From Spizellomyces punctatus DAOM BR117 (Eukaryota): a DNA stretch of 64,000 nt. This document shows, in pieces, positions 30,298-47,764 of this stretch (position 1 is its first letter; every line of letters begins with the position of its first letter). The translations under genes were made by a program, and so were the position numbers. The notes below the pieces were generated by a model. It was given only the letters and a program-made list of their open reading frames with translations. It was not told where the DNA came from and made no database searches. The stretch is from NCBI GenBank assembly GCA_000182565.2, contig KQ257464.1; one strand, 5' to 3'.

Positions 30298-33200
30298 TTA
30301 GATTCCAGCTTCAGCTGATTGTTCATAAGCCTCAATGGGTGGACATGAACAGATCTATCGCAAGCAGCCAATGTTAGAAACAGTTTTTGAGCCCAAAATT
30401 AATAGAGATCCATCCAGACTTACCAAATTTCTGTCTCCGTGTGTGTCATCCACCCGTCCGACACTAGGCCAAAACTTTTTCTTGCGCAACCCAGGCATGG
30501 GATATGCAGCTTCTTCGCGAGAATAAGGACGGTCCCATTTTTCGGTCAACAAATGCTCGACAGGATGTGGTGCATTGGTCAATACATTGTTGTCGCGAGG
30601 TTGACGCCCTTCCTCAACGGCGCGGATTTCCTGGCGGATCTGGATCATGGCATCACAGAAACGGTCGAGTTCTGCTTTAGACTCGGACTCGGTGGGTTCA
30701 ATCATGAGAGTGTTGGCCACAGGAAATGACATGGTGGGGCTGTGGAATCCGTAATCCTGTATCAAAAAGAATGCGGTTTGAGCACAGGACCTCTTTTTCT
30801 ACTATCAGCAATTCCACCTACGTGCAAACGCTTTGCAATGTCGATGGCTTGAATGTGAGCTGAACCATCAAAAGGTCTGCAATCGATGATGAACTCGTGG
30901 GCGCAGAGACCATTGTCGTTTGTGTAGAGAACCTTGTAGTGTTTCTCTAGCCGCTTGAGCATGTAGTTGGCATTCAGCAATGCAACTTTTGTGGCCTGCT
31001 TGACACCCTCGTCGCCTACCACAGTATACCATGTGAATACCCTAGAAAGGATAAAATCATGGTCTTTGAAACTTACCCATCATCTTTAGGTATGCCCACG
31101 AGATTGGCAGGATGCTAGCGGACCCCCAAGGTGCGGCAGACACTGGCCCAATGGCCAACTCTCCGCTCGTCTTGACGACGGGGTGCCCTGGAAGGAATGG
31201 TGCAAGGTGGGATTTGACTCCAATGGGACCCATACCAGGTCCGCCACCGCCGTGGGGAATACAGAACGTTTTGTGGAGGTTCAAATGGCACACGTCAGCA
31301 CCAATCTCTGCGGGCTTGCATAGTCCGAGCTGTGCATTAAGATTTGCTCCATCCATGTAGACCTGTCCACCAAACTCGTGTACAATGCGGCAAGCTTCCT
31401 TGATAGTTTCCTCAAACACACCGTAAGTCGAAGGATAGGTAATCATGGTCGCTGCCAAGCGGTCCTTGTGCTTTTCAGCCTTGGCACGAAGATCAACCAG
31501 ATCCAAGTTTCCGTTTTCTTCACACTTTACAGTCACGACTTGGAAGCCAGCCATGGCAGCCGAGGCTGGGTTGGTTCCGTGTGCGGATACAGGGATCAAG
31601 CAAACATCGCGATTCTGCTGTCCTTGCGATTGAAGGTATGCCTTGATGACACGAAGACCGGTATATTCCCCTTGTGCACCACTGTTTGGCTGCAGAGAGA
31701 TCTGATCAAATCCAGTCACTTCACTCAAAGCATACTCCAATTCTTGAAGCATGATTCTGTATCCACTTGCTTGATCGAGCGGAACAAAGGGGTGGATGTT
31801 TGCAAACTCGGGCCATGTAACAGGGATCATCTCGGTCGTGGCATTCAACTTCATGGTGCAAGAGCCAAGAGGGATCATGGCTTCTGCCAAAGACAGATCC
31901 TTGCTTTGCAAGTGGGAAATATACCGGAGCATTTCGGTTTCAGAATGGTACGAGTTAAACACGGGGTGAGTGAGGTAGGCGGACGTGCGGGTGAGATTCG
32001 CTGGAAAGTTTTGTGCGGGAGTGGCCGTGGTGATGCCGAGCTCTTGAGCAATGCTATCAAGAATTGGCATTGGGACAAAGTACTGCTTTCGAGACCCCGC
32101 TCGGTAGCTCTCTTCAAAGGATGCCGTCGCAAATACTCTCAATAGGTCATAAAGATCCTCTTTAGAGACACTCTCATCCAAGGTAACCGCAATGCTACGA
32201 GCATCGACCTGGCGAACATTAATACCGGCCTCCGCAGCCGCGAGCACCAATTCCTCAGCATCGTATTTCAGTTCAACTGTAACAGTGTCAAAAAAGTTGT
32301 CCGTCTTGACAGTGTGGCCCAGCTTCTTGACCCCTTCAGCGAACACAGCGGTCAAGTTATGGATACGCTGAGCGATCTGCTTGATACCTTCAGGACCGTG
32401 ATAGACAGCATACATGGCGGCCATATTGGCCAAAAGAGCCTGAGCAGTGCAAATGTTACTTGTCGCCTTCTCACGTCGAATGTGCTGCTCACGAGTCTGC
32501 AATGCCAGACGGTAAGCTGGGTTGCCATTGACATCCTTTGAGACACCGATAAGCCGGCCTGGCATGTTGCGTTTGAGTTCTTCCTTTACGGCGAAGAAGG
32601 CCGCATGTGGGCCACCATATCCCAACGGCACTCCAAATCTTTGAGAATTACCAAACGCAATATCTGCGCCGAATTCACCCGGTGGCTTGAGTAATGCAAG
32701 CGCCAAGAGATCGGTTGCGCAGGTAACCATTGCACCATTGTCATGTGCCTTCTTCACGAACGATTCGTAGTCCAAGACCCGTCCATCCGTCGTGGGGTAC
32801 TGACGAGGTCAATAGCCCGGTGAGAAACTATACACATGGCAAGTGAAGCAGGAGGCGGGATCCTACCTGGATGAGAACTCCCATGACCTTGCCCTTGTTG
32901 GCGGCAAAATCATACTTTTCGTAATCTCCCACTACTACTTGAATACCAAAACCTTCGGCCCTTGTCTTCACACAAGCAATAGTCTGGGGATGACATGCCT
33001 GATCCACAAAAAAGATTGTCTTGCGGCGCTTGCCAGCAGCAAAGCACATCATCATCGCTTCACCGGCAGCAGTGCCTTCGTCAAGGAGGGAAGCGTTGGC
33101 CACAGGAAGGCCTGTAAAATCACAGACCATGGTTTGAAAGTTCAAGAGTGACTCGAGACGGCCTTGCGAAATTTCGGGTTGATACGGCGTGTACTGAGTG

Positions 33201-33718
33201 TACCATCCGGGATTCTCCATGATGTTGCGTAGAATGACTTTTGGGGTTAATGTATTTGTGTATCCCATTCCAATATATGACCGGAATACTTTGTTTTTCG
33301 AGGCAATGTGCTTTAATCTTTCGAGTACTTCTGTTTCTGGCACACCAGGACCGAGCTTTGTCTGGTTCTGAATGCTGATTGATGCAGGTACCGTTTTCTG
33401 GACCAGTTCATCCAGCGAACTGACTCCGACACTATCGCACATCTTTTGAATATCACTTTCGTCAGGACCAATGTGTCGACGTGGGAACGTGTCGAGAGGC
33501 TCGAACACGGGCGTGCTCGCATTCGTAATGGTCGCGAAGCCGGCATGTTTGCCAATGATTGCTTTGCCCAAGGAAGGTGAGAAAGAGATTGAGGCGTGGC
33601 GAGTGGATGACAGTGACGAGCACAGTGTTTGGGAAGAAAGCTCAACGCTAGCGTATTGTCGACGCACGGCGTTACGCGCGCCTCGCGTCAGATGTTGTCG
33701 TAGAACTGCGGTCAACAT
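30298..33718 (-). CDS. GCV2: Glycine dehydrogenase (decarboxylating), glycine cleavage P protein, mitochondrial
   Basis: Presequence, then [36 protein letters not shown]-site [28 protein letters not shown] and GDRNLICSCPP. Confidence 0.98.
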
Positions 33719-35422
33719 GGTCTGGCTACCAGTGAAATTCCACGTCAGAAAAAACTGTTAAAGTTCCAGTGCTGTCATCCATGTTAAAGTATACCAGTAG
33801 AAAATGTTCCAGAGTGAAAAGCGAGAGCACTAGCACAAGCTAGCGGAACACGCAGGTCAACTCTTGCGTTATCAGCTGGAGCAGGAGGCCAGAAAGAACC
33901 CGATCGCCGTGCGAAAAGTAGACCAAACGTCCTGCGGATGGTGGACAAACAGTGCCCCAAAGATAAGCCAAACGCGTCCCGTTCGTCGGACACTCTCCGA
34001 TCGCTTGCTTTTCAACGACTTACTTTTTTTTTATCCGCAACCCAGAACGTTTTGTTCTTTGGCCAAACGAGCAGCAGCTAGACAAGCAACAAGGCCAAAT
34101 GCAAGCAGGATGCAAGAACAAGAACAAGGACGAACAAAAGAAAAATGGGTCAAAAGCGGACCAAAAGATTGATCTGCTACCATAAACTGCAATTTCCATA
34201 TAGCAGTTTATAGTAAACCCCCAGCTGCAACTCCCAATTTTTGGGGAACGGACTTTTTTTTTTTTTCTTTTGGCAACTGGCCAACGGGCAATGGAATATT
34301 GCATTACGAGTATGTCCGATGAACAAACGACGAATGACGACGAGCAACGACGAGCAACGACGGCCAACGATGGGTCGACATATCTCGCGTGCATAAGATG
34401 CTTTAGACGTCGTAAGATGACATGACGATATCTCTTAAACATTTGCATAAACACACAATACATCCTACCATCCTTTCACACATCATTTGCTACATATTCC
34501 AATCTCCTGAAATCTCTCCATTCCTCCAAAGCAATTCTAAAATCTCGTCGTCGTTTGCTCAGTGGCACAGTCACACAAATACACCAATCAATGTATAGCA
34601 CGTGATAATGCAAAGCCGCGTGTGTCCTTCCCCCCCTGCGCGTCGCTTTTGCTGCCCGTCCTCCCTTCCGTTCGCAGCCATTCGGTTTACTAAATCACTT
34701 TCATCCCATTCCCATCCGCCGCCTGCTCTGCCCATCTCACCGTCTCGTCATTGTTATCCATACACAGGATTGACCACTTTCTGTGTAGGCGACGTGTACG
34801 GTGTGCCATCCAGTCTGTGATCGTAAACGTCTTGCTGGCGTTCTAGATCTAAGAGGTACCACGGCTCGGCTGCTTACCCAAAGCATCGCTATAACTTCGA
34901 ATCCCGATACCATTCGTGTGCTTGATAAAAGCCCTGTTCCTACCACCGCCCTGTCCTTTCGTTACCTGTCGCAGAACATCGGACCTGTCTCTCGTATGTC
35001 GTCCCTGCGCTTTCTACATTAGCATCATCTGCCGATCTATTCGAGTTCATTGCTTTCTCGTCGTACTGATTCATCTCCTATTATCTTTGGGATTTGCTTC
35101 TAGTCCCTTCGCACACTTCGCTTTATCTGTCTGGCTTCTTCTGTCCTTACCGTCTTCGACGCCACCGCCAGTCAACCGCTCTCCACCATCTGTTCATCTG
35201 GCTCTATACCATTATCGTGTAGTCCACCGTTACCGCTTGTTCGCGTTCGCATCGTCCAGTTCAACCGGGGTACGCATTGGTGCGCGTTTGTGGTAATTTC
35301 AGAATATGGTTTTAACGTTCCTCTTGATATGTTTCCCCAAAAGACTGCTGTCCCCAAATCCGTCAGCCACGCTAGGAAGACTTCAAAGTGCCGCCAAAGG
35401 GGACGGAGAACCGGGCACGAAT

Positions 35423-38262
<2,840 letters not shown>

Positions 38263-40229
38263 GGAAGGGCATGTCGGCTTGTCTGTTGCGTTGGTGTTGG
38301 GCTTACAATCTTGAACAGTTTCATCTTTTTGGCGGAGGCATCCTTACGATCTTGGGTGTGCCTATATGGATGCTTAGGTTGGGGCACCTTTTTTTTGGAC
38401 ATTATATTCGGGAGCATTTCATCTTTGGTTGAGGGGCTTTGTGCCGTCGTGTAGATTAGTTATTTGGGAAGACGTAGCTAAAAGCTACCAGAGGAATATA
38501 TCCTCTCTTGGGCTGAAATGTGTGTAAGCGATACTTTTTTTTATGCTATCAGACACGGAAACAGAAGTACACATTGTTTGCAGGGCACTCGTCCTTGTTG
38601 CATTAACCTTTTGAATTGCAGAGGTAGATTATGTCCTCATGTTCCTAGTATTCTGACAAACTTGAAAGAAAAGCAGCCAGACACACTGATAAATATCGCA
38701 CCTAGTTGAAAGAGACAACCTACTGAACTGTATACGACTGGCCCCTTGTTGCGATGCATGATACTCTTACCCACCACTTCCGCAAACACAACTGTATGGA
38801 AATGCAACAGCCATGTCATGTAGATTGGAAGGTGGATGTAAAGTTGTTAAAGTGCAAAAAGAAGAGCTCTCCGTTTTCTTCAAATACTCCTCCAAACAAT
38901 CACGTGTACTGGTAAATGAAATTGCATAGCCACATCGTGCGGAGGGTGTTTTCTTGGTGCTAGCATCGGGACAATCCAGGCAGGCACTGTATCTTACAGC
39001 GACGAGTGTTTCTAACTGTAAGAATGAACTTGTGAATCGCTGCTTTAGGGCTATTGGGCTCTCATCTCGGGGACATTCACTTGGCATTTCCTGTTGTCTT
39101 GTCTCATTCATGACAACCCAACGAAGATAACGTCACTATGTGCAGTATATCTTGTCCCTCTGGGACAGGCAAATACGGCCATAAAGTACGGCATTGTCCA
39201 ATGTTTCAAGGAACTATAATAATGGCATAAGATACTATGGATCCAGTACTCATTCAATAGTGGTCAAAGGGTGTTTAATGAGAATCGCAGTGATGGGTTA
39301 TCCACCTCCACTTCGCCCATAGGGAACTTTCATTGGGTTGGTATATGGCACTGTATACTACATATAAGAAACGCAACACGCTATCCTTTCTTTTAACTGC
39401 CATCCGTCATCTAAAATCTCAACCGAACAGCGCCAGCGTAGGTGTATCTTCTGTGATCAGGATGTGCAGGCTAATGTGATAGCTGTAATGATTTTCATAT
39501 TTGCTGGTCTAATATAATCAATTGGATGGAATATTGGACCTTAAAGAGCATATGGACGACTAGCTCCATTGTATACAAACGTCATAAGCCAGATGCGGGA
39601 GATAACAGTTGCCGGAGAATGCACGCGGACAAGGTAATGTAATGGTGTGCGGAACGTTCGCATGCTCAGCTGTCTGTTCGCCAAAGCCACTATCCTTCAC
39701 GCTGTCATCTATAAGCCTCCTGACTAACACGCTGATAACAAACAAGGGCTATAATGACAGATGCTCGGTTCAACTTTAGAGGAAAGAGTCTGAAAAATTC
39801 GTAGTGGGCAGATGTTCACCAAATCGCTCACTACCACCAGAAGGAACCCAAGCAGTGCCTCTTTCCGATCCTTCATGACGATGATTGTTCAGGGCTGGCA
39901 ACGAAAACAAATGATTGCATCCCAATCCATTTGGTCGTAACATGAAGGTCACTATAGTTTCAATTTGTATTGGACGTGGCTGATGAAGTAATGAATCCTG
40001 GGAGACGCAACGCTGCGGATACCTAATCCTGGCCGAATGTGAAACCCCAGAGGGTGATCCAGCAGTCACACAGCCCACAAAGCCGCATGAATTAGATACG
40101 CTGTCTGAAATATCTACCATTCTTTTTGGTGATTCCACCATGTGATAAAAGGGTGACGTCGACCGGCCAATTCTGTGCAAGCACAGTATGGATGTGGTTT
40201 CTAATATGCTTATCAGTATATTTGGCAAT

Positions 40230-42103
40230 TTATCTCTTTCTCCTGCATAGATGGGGTCCATGTTGTTGAACGTCCTCTGCGGTTGCCACAGCCCTAAGGA
40301 TGACCGTTAGCAATGAAAACACACATCAGGAAACACGCGTTCTGCAAACCTTATGGCATCCGTAGGGAATTCTTTTCTTAGCAAATTGGCCAAGACCCGG
40401 GAAGGACCAATAACCACCCAGTCATGCACGTCGTCATCTTTTGCGTAGCGGATACTTCGTTGCCATTGAACGGTTTTTGTAATTTGTTGATGAAGGAGAC
40501 TCTGAATTTCGGTGGCGTTCCCGAGCTACAAATGCGGTTCGCATGAGTTCAGCGATTGTCGATACGAAATCCGATGGCCGTACGACATACCGGCATACCA
40601 GTGACGTTAGAGATCACCTCTATCGTGGGGTCATTGAAAGATGCTCCATCCAAGGCAGGCTTCATCTCATCGGCTGCAGGCTGCATTAAATCGCAGTGAA
40701 ACGGTGCAGACACTGGCAAACCCAGGGCGCGACCAGCGTAACCCTTTGTTTGAATTATTGAACAAGCATAATCGACGCCTTTGCTGGTTCCGCTCAAGAC
40801 AACCTTGCGGGGATCATACGATGAGGATCGAACCAACTTGCACAAGAGTGATCTAGATTCCAGTAAAATCCTACCTGTGACCGACTACCGGAAACAGCCA
40901 TTGCGTCAGAATAAAATCCGCAACTATCAAGAGAGTTTCTAAACGCACCTATTTATATTCGCAATCTGGGCCACCTCGCCCTCCGGTAAGGATCGCTCAA
41001 TTTTTGACATCAGCGCCTCGATATCCTCCAGATGATCTCCATTTATAATTAAGGCTTTCATAGTTGTCTTCCCACTGTCTACACTTCTGTGCATTGCTTC
41101 GCCGCGTAGGCGCTGCATAGAAGATAATCCAGACCCCGATTAGGCATATGCCCACGGACTGACGTACATGAGTGTACACACTCACCACAAGCTTTATTGC
41201 GTCCGACAACCTGATGAAACCGAAATCAATACAGTTGCTCTCATATTGCGCATAAATGCGCGTATACACACAACTTACGAAAGTGACTGTGTCGCCACCA
41301 GGGCAGAACTTTCAAATAGTATATGCATCAGCGCATGAACAGATTCACAATTTACCTGAACGTAGATGGACCAGCGATACTCACTATTCACCAAGACTGT
41401 GTCCCAACGCGTAGGTGCATGAATTTATGTCAAAGCCAAACTCTGTCTGTAAGACAGAAAGCATCAGCATCCGCACTCTCATTGATAGTCGCGGGCAGGA
41501 AAGCTTTCCGTACCTCCAAAACTTTTAGAAGAGCTATTGAATGACACAGAATTGCTATTTTTGGCGGATAAAAATGAATTATAATCGTTCAAGCTTTGCG
41601 ACGCCTTCAAAATGCATACCTGGCTGTGCATTTTCTGTAGATGTTAATGTTTGCTAACGAGTTGTAGAGAAAAATGAATGAGACTAAATCAATCCATGCA
41701 AATTTTATGATGCACGTCAGCTTGGCCGTACTTGGGGTCCTTCGAACATGAGCTTCTTCAATCCTCCTCCAACCGCTTCATCAGATGCATCTATGACGTC
41801 TCTCGCCGCCTTGAAGTTTTCATAGATGTCTGCACCCATTCCTATCATACACACGTGCAGAATAAGTAACTAAAGTTGAAAAAAAGTCGCGCAGGTAGAC
41901 ATTAGTCCGTTGGGTGACAAGTACCTACATGCTGACACATGAACGAAAGGGAAGAAATTAGTATGCAAATGTCGACCAATGAGCCGTTGAGATCATACCT
42001 GAGCACCCTGGCCCGGAAACAAAACGGCAGTCTTCCGAGCACCAGGAGCGGCCGTATGTCCAGTCTGAGTTCCGACACCCATGCGGGAAACAAGATGACT
42101 CAT
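40230..42103 (-). CDS. MCT1: Mitochondrial malonyl-CoA:ACP transacylase (FabD/Mct1)
   Basis: AVLFPGQGAQ, LTSTENAQP, ALGHSLGEYSAL, RRGEAM, QIANIN, LPVSAPFHCDLMQPA, VISNVTG and QQITKTVQW, across many short exons. Confidence 0.92.
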
Positions 42104-42967
42104 GAGCCTTTCCTCGTTTCGTAGTACCGTCAAGAGCAGAACATTACCAAATGGCGTCTTGAGTGTTGCAGCGTGACGACTGCAAGCCGCGTCCCCTTCC
42201 TCATATTTCGCATCATCGTGCTGATATACTTTTTTGGTATAAAGTTTTGTCGATATTGCTTGTAGATGGAAACTCAAAAGATGGCCTCCATCCCGCTCCG
42301 CGAAGGGGCGACCATCAGAGCGCACATGACTCATGATGCACATGACAGTGATTATGCAAGCCGATCTTTCCGTTGCTCCCCGCGTCGTTGAACTCGACGT
42401 GCCCATCGCATCCTCATAAAGATTGCACAAGCATTGCTGTCCAAACTCTAGACAAATCTGCAGGCTGAGCGTACAGATCTAAGAACCTGCAGCATGTATT
42501 AAATAATCAAGCTGCCATACCCTCTTTCGTCCGCGGACTCGGACTTGGCCCCATCTCGAAACCTACATTTTGTTCCCTTCCTTCTTCGTCCATACCATTA
42601 GGATCAGATGTCCCAAATACAGTTGGATACGCCTGTTTGAGATATATCTTCTTTATTTCAATAGAGTTTCCAAGTATTGTGCCCAAAGACAGCCGCCCCT
42701 CAATAAAAAGTCAAATGATTTAAGCTCTTGAAAGCTAGACATACCTCGTTCCCAGGAGATCCTACTTATAGAATGCGTTGATATTAATATCAAGATAATG
42801 TTCCCGTGGAGCTGTCGGAGGGGCGGACATGAGGTTTTATTCAACACTGGGATCAGTAAACGATAGCGCAAAGTGTTGATGACACACAAAATGCACAGTC
42901 ATGGAATCAATGCACTGATGGTACTTGTCGAGAGATCTGACTTTTCGCATGATCTACAACGATAAAA

Positions 42968-45900
42968 ATGCCCTCCCCATCGCCCCGACTGCAACCTGAA
43001 CAGAATGATGTTCCGTCTTTTGCAAGCGCCCCGAACTTGGGCATCACTCTGAGAGATGCCCCTGGCACCATGCCCGCGTTCTCCTCATTTCCCTCGTTGG
43101 GCATGGCGGTTTCTTCGTTCCCGTCATTCTCTTCGGGCCCTGACGTTTCTGTCGAGCGGACATCCCGAACCACAGAACCGTCACAGCACGAGCATCGTAC
43201 TTATACCTCTTCTGAATCAGACGACTCGCTTGACGAGCGAAATAAGAATCGCGACCACGGGCGGGAGACTAGAAAGAAACGGAAGCGGAGTCACAGTCGC
43301 ACCCGACACTCTTCCAATGACCGAGACCGCGATAGGAAAGATAAGAAAAAGAAGAAAAATAAGAAGAGTTCTGTAGGTTTGATTTTGAATTTCCTCTAGT
43401 AAAGAAATCTGCGCCTCCTACGAGCCCAGCAGGGTTACTTAGTCTTGTCTCTGAAAACAGGGAGCGAACGCTGAATTGACCTTTGACAAGTATGTCTTAT
43501 ACGACGCAATGGTGAAATCCTGCTAATGGACAGCTCACTAACTATTAATAATATTATAGAAGCCGAAAGGGCCATGGAATCGTAGAAACCAAAGACTTCT
43601 ACTTAGACCGGAGGGGCGATAAAGGAAACATAGCCTTGGAAAAATCCAATCGATACTCTGAGCCAACTTATAAACGATGGGGAGGTAAGTCTAGATTTGA
43701 TCTGAATGGACCATGCTTCCATTGGATTGAGATGGTCGAATCTTTTACAGATCATGTGTTGGGGTGCCCTGATTGGTTGATTGACGACAAGGCAAGCAGA
43801 AAAAGCAAGTATATGACTTTGCGTAAACAGAGGTTCAATGATAGTTTACGTGGATTCGGGGTATTTTGTGAGAGTTTTGTATTTTTGGTGGAATCAATAG
43901 ATAACCTCATTTTGATTAGAAAATACGATACGAAGACTTTCGACGTTCGCTCCGAAAAGAGCCTGTCACCCTAGAAAGGTAAAACTCCACTTGATTTATT
44001 CCGACCAGTCTCTACAGAATATTAAAGTAATCTCTTACTGTCATATCAGATTACTGGCTGATGTGGTCACGACAGATGATACTGGAAATGATTCGACTTT
44101 CATCGCCTTTCCGAGTGCTGTCAATGACGAGCCATCTAAGAACGTCGGTAAAATCGATACGCCACATGAGAACCCAGAGTTTGTTCGGAAGACCGCCGAT
44201 TTCAACAAACGATTACAGGAGGTTGTATAACACCTTACCACTTACTTCCTGAACAATACTTACCATCCATAATGTAGGAACCACATAATCTGTCGCTTTG
44301 GTTGAACTTCATTGCGCTTCAAGATGAGCTTGCGAAGGATCAGCAAGAGAAGAGCAAGCTGCGCGCTGCGATAAGCGAGAAAAAGCAAAGCATTTATGAG
44401 AAGGCATTGAAGGAGTTTCCAGATAATGAAGATTTGCTATCTGGATATATGACCACCTGTCAAGAAACATGGGAGTAAGAAAGAACGGGTGCTCGTCACC
44501 TTGTGAAATACCCCTCTAATGGTGCTGTCCTCTATAGAGCGACAAAGCTTTTGACAAAGTGGGATCGCATCCTCAAACGAAACACGAGCTCCATCAAGCT
44601 ATGGAAACAGTATCTGGACTTTCGGCAGACAAACTACAGCACCTTCAATGTTGCAGGCTGTATCGAGTTATATGAGAACTGCATTCATATTTTGATGCGG
44701 GATACTTCAACAGGTGCGCCTCACGAAGAAAGCAAAGCATCTGATTACCAGCGCACTAAACTATGTACACAATAGCCGTAGCGCGCAGGGAGGAGATTAT
44801 GCTTCACATATTCACAAGAGCCTGCTTTCTATTGGGCCAATCGGGTACGCGCTTTTGTTTTCGCCAAAGCAATCAGTGGCCGGCACTTATTCTTCTTAAT
44901 TAAAGGCTTTATGGAAAGAGCGGTTGCACTTTTCCAAGCAATGATTGAATTTACCGGATTCTGTCCTCCGGCCTTCACTAATCAAACGTTTGTGGAACGA
45001 TTGGCAATGTTCGGAGCATTTTGGGAGAGTGAGATGCCAAGGATTGGTGAAGAGGTACACTGCGCTTTGGCACGTTGCAGTGCACGTAACTGATACCTGA
45101 TCTGTCGTAACCTGCAGGGCGCAGAAGGTTGGTCTGCAAGCTTGCTCAAAGGTCTGTGCAAAAACATTGAGGTTAAGACATGGCCGCGATGAGCTCTCTA
45201 AATAGTCAGAACCATGTAGAGGCTCAGCTGTTACCACCACCTCCTTCTGAAGAAGACGCCGCGAGCACCAAGATGGGTGAAGGTATCTGGTTCTTATTAA
45301 CCTGTTCAATTGCACAAGTTGCTGAGTGCCCGAGTTTTTAGATGATTTTGAAAGTTGGCTTAATTCTGAAACCCAAGAGGAATATCTTCATTGGCAGCCC
45401 TCCAGGTCGACGGAAGACGGTATGTGGAGGAGAATATTCCCACACCTTTTTTCGGTCCCAGGATGCTGACCCACATTACCTACCCTAGAAGAGCTGGATG
45501 ATCCGTATCGAGCCGTCCTCTTCGAAGACATCTCTTCGCTAATGTTCGACATCACTTTGGAAAACACCAGAAGACAATTAATCTACAATTTCTTGCAATT
45601 CTTGTCGGTGCCTGTTAATGGCGGTATATCCTCCAATCACATATTCTTCCAGGAATCATTCCTGCATGCGGAATTTGCCAATCCCGTGCAGTCGGCACGA
45701 TTTTGGCCTTCTACGTCTCTTCCTAAAATCGATACAAACAGCCCATCCGATTCTGCCAGCACGGAGTCAAACTGTGGAATCTTTCGTGTTCCCCTAGCCG
45801 TCTTTCCGCAAACAATGGATACGCTATTTGGTGGAGATCACTGGTTCCGTGTCTGGGGCAGTGAAGAGGCCGATACGGTTAGACGTATAGGCGTTGGGAG

Positions 45901-47621
45901 GCACCAGTTCATCAGGTGAGTATGGCTAAGCGACATCCTCAATGGGTGCCGTCACTTTGCTTGTACCGTCATTGACATGCATCTAGAAATGTTTTGCAAC
46001 AGGCTCAGACAATTTCACCACCAGATCCGCATCTGATGCCTTTGCTCCTGATACTGGAAAGTGGCTTTAACCTGAAAAGGTCATTATTGCCCGCTTTCGA
46101 TTACCAGTTCTATTGGTTGTGATTAACTATACACTGTATGGATAGTGCACAGAAATCAGCCAAAGTACTCTTGAAAACGGAACGAATGAATCTGTCATTA
46201 TGGAACACGTATGCTCAGATTGAAGTATCAAGGGGTCATTTGTCCGAGGTATAGAAATGAAAAGTGCTGTGTCGCTCTCCTTTAGAAAGGCCAGACGTGT
46301 AATCCCATCTTCCAGGCGCGGAAGGTTTATATGACCGCGTTGATGTCATATCAAAGCTTTCCGAAGCAACAGCAGCTCGATGCTCCCCACTTGTATCGGA
46401 TGCTGGCGGACTTGGAGTTTGAGGCCAGGCGGCCAGAAAGGGCGCTTCGCATCTTGGCTGCATTTGGAGCAGAGGAAGCAATACCTGGTATAAATAGCTG
46501 AATGAGTTTCCTTCGCACTGCTTTGGTTGACATATTGGGTTGAACAGGAGAGGACGGCGAAGTGAGCCTGGCCCCGACAACGCTCTTGCGAGCACGAAAG
46601 GCAAGTGCACTAATTTTGCAAGTCTGTATTGATGGCGCGATGCTGACAAGGCAATTGTTCTCAAGGGGTATTCCCAGCGCCTGGAGGTCCTGATCTCGAC
46701 AGCTAATCCGGCTGTCCTGGATACTACGGCGTACTCTCTATTGACCATTCTGACTTGCTATGGTCTTATGGAATATCTCAGTCAAGGATTGGAAGAAGCA
46801 CAGCGGCTCTACCAACAAGTCCTGGAAACATTTCGACAGAACATCCATGAGGGGGAAACTGCAACAGTATTGGAGGAGGCCGTCTATGAAGGATATGTCC
46901 GATTACTTTATCGGCATTCAGTTTCTGGTTCTGCTTTCAAACCAGGGATTCTCAGAGGCGTGCTGGAAACGGCTCTCGACAAATTTCCTTGCAATACAAT
47001 ATTCCTCTCGCTTTACGGATGGAACGAGGCAAGGACCAAGATCGATAATCGGGTTCGAAGATTATTGGACGAACAATTAGCAAGGTAATGGACCTGTGAG
47101 AGCGATATGTAGTAGGACATTTCTGATAAAACCCCCCGACATGCAATTAGGAACCCTTCGCACATCCTCTGGACTTTTGCCATATGGGCGGAGCTCCATC
47201 AAAGACAGACATATAACGTCCACCTCGTTCGATCGCTCTTTGAGAGGGCCCTAGATTGTCCAAGGTAAGAGGGCACTTATGCAGCGGACTTGTTTACATG
47301 ATCCCTTAATTGACTCACTGACAGCTCAAGGCATTCGGTCTCGCTGTGGCAATTGTACATACAATTTGAAGTCCGTGAAGGCAATAGAGACAAGGCGAAA
47401 GCGCTTTTCTTCCGTGCCATCCGAGAATGTCCTTGGTGTAAAGGTATGTCATTGTAATCCTCTTTTCTGCGCCAGATGGTCAATGGCCTAACATCGGACA
47501 AGATCTATATATGTTACCCTTTCGGCTGTTGCGGGACGTGTTTGATGATGACGAGCTGACAGAGGTCATTACTCTCATGGAAGAAAAGGAGCTCCGGGCG
47601 CGGCGAACATTCTCAGTATAG
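42968..47621 (+). CDS. NRDE2: NRDE2 nuclear exosome/RNAi-associated HAT-repeat protein
   Basis: DRRGDKGN, FNKRLQEEPHNLSLWL.FIALQD, EKKQSIYEKAL, LWKQYLDFRQ, GFMERAVALFQAMIEF, FWESEMPRIGEEGA.GW, DPYRAVLFEDI, FFRAIRECPWCK and MEEKELR. Confidence 0.92.
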
Positions 47622-47764
47622 TAAAATCCCAATGAGGAATACTTTCGTAGCAAATGCACGGGCGTCCAAGTGATGAGACACTAAAGTTTCGATTCTAATT
47701 GTGTTGAGTTTATAATTCTTTATTCCCCCGCCCCGCTGGTCCATCTGCGCAATCCAGTGTGACT

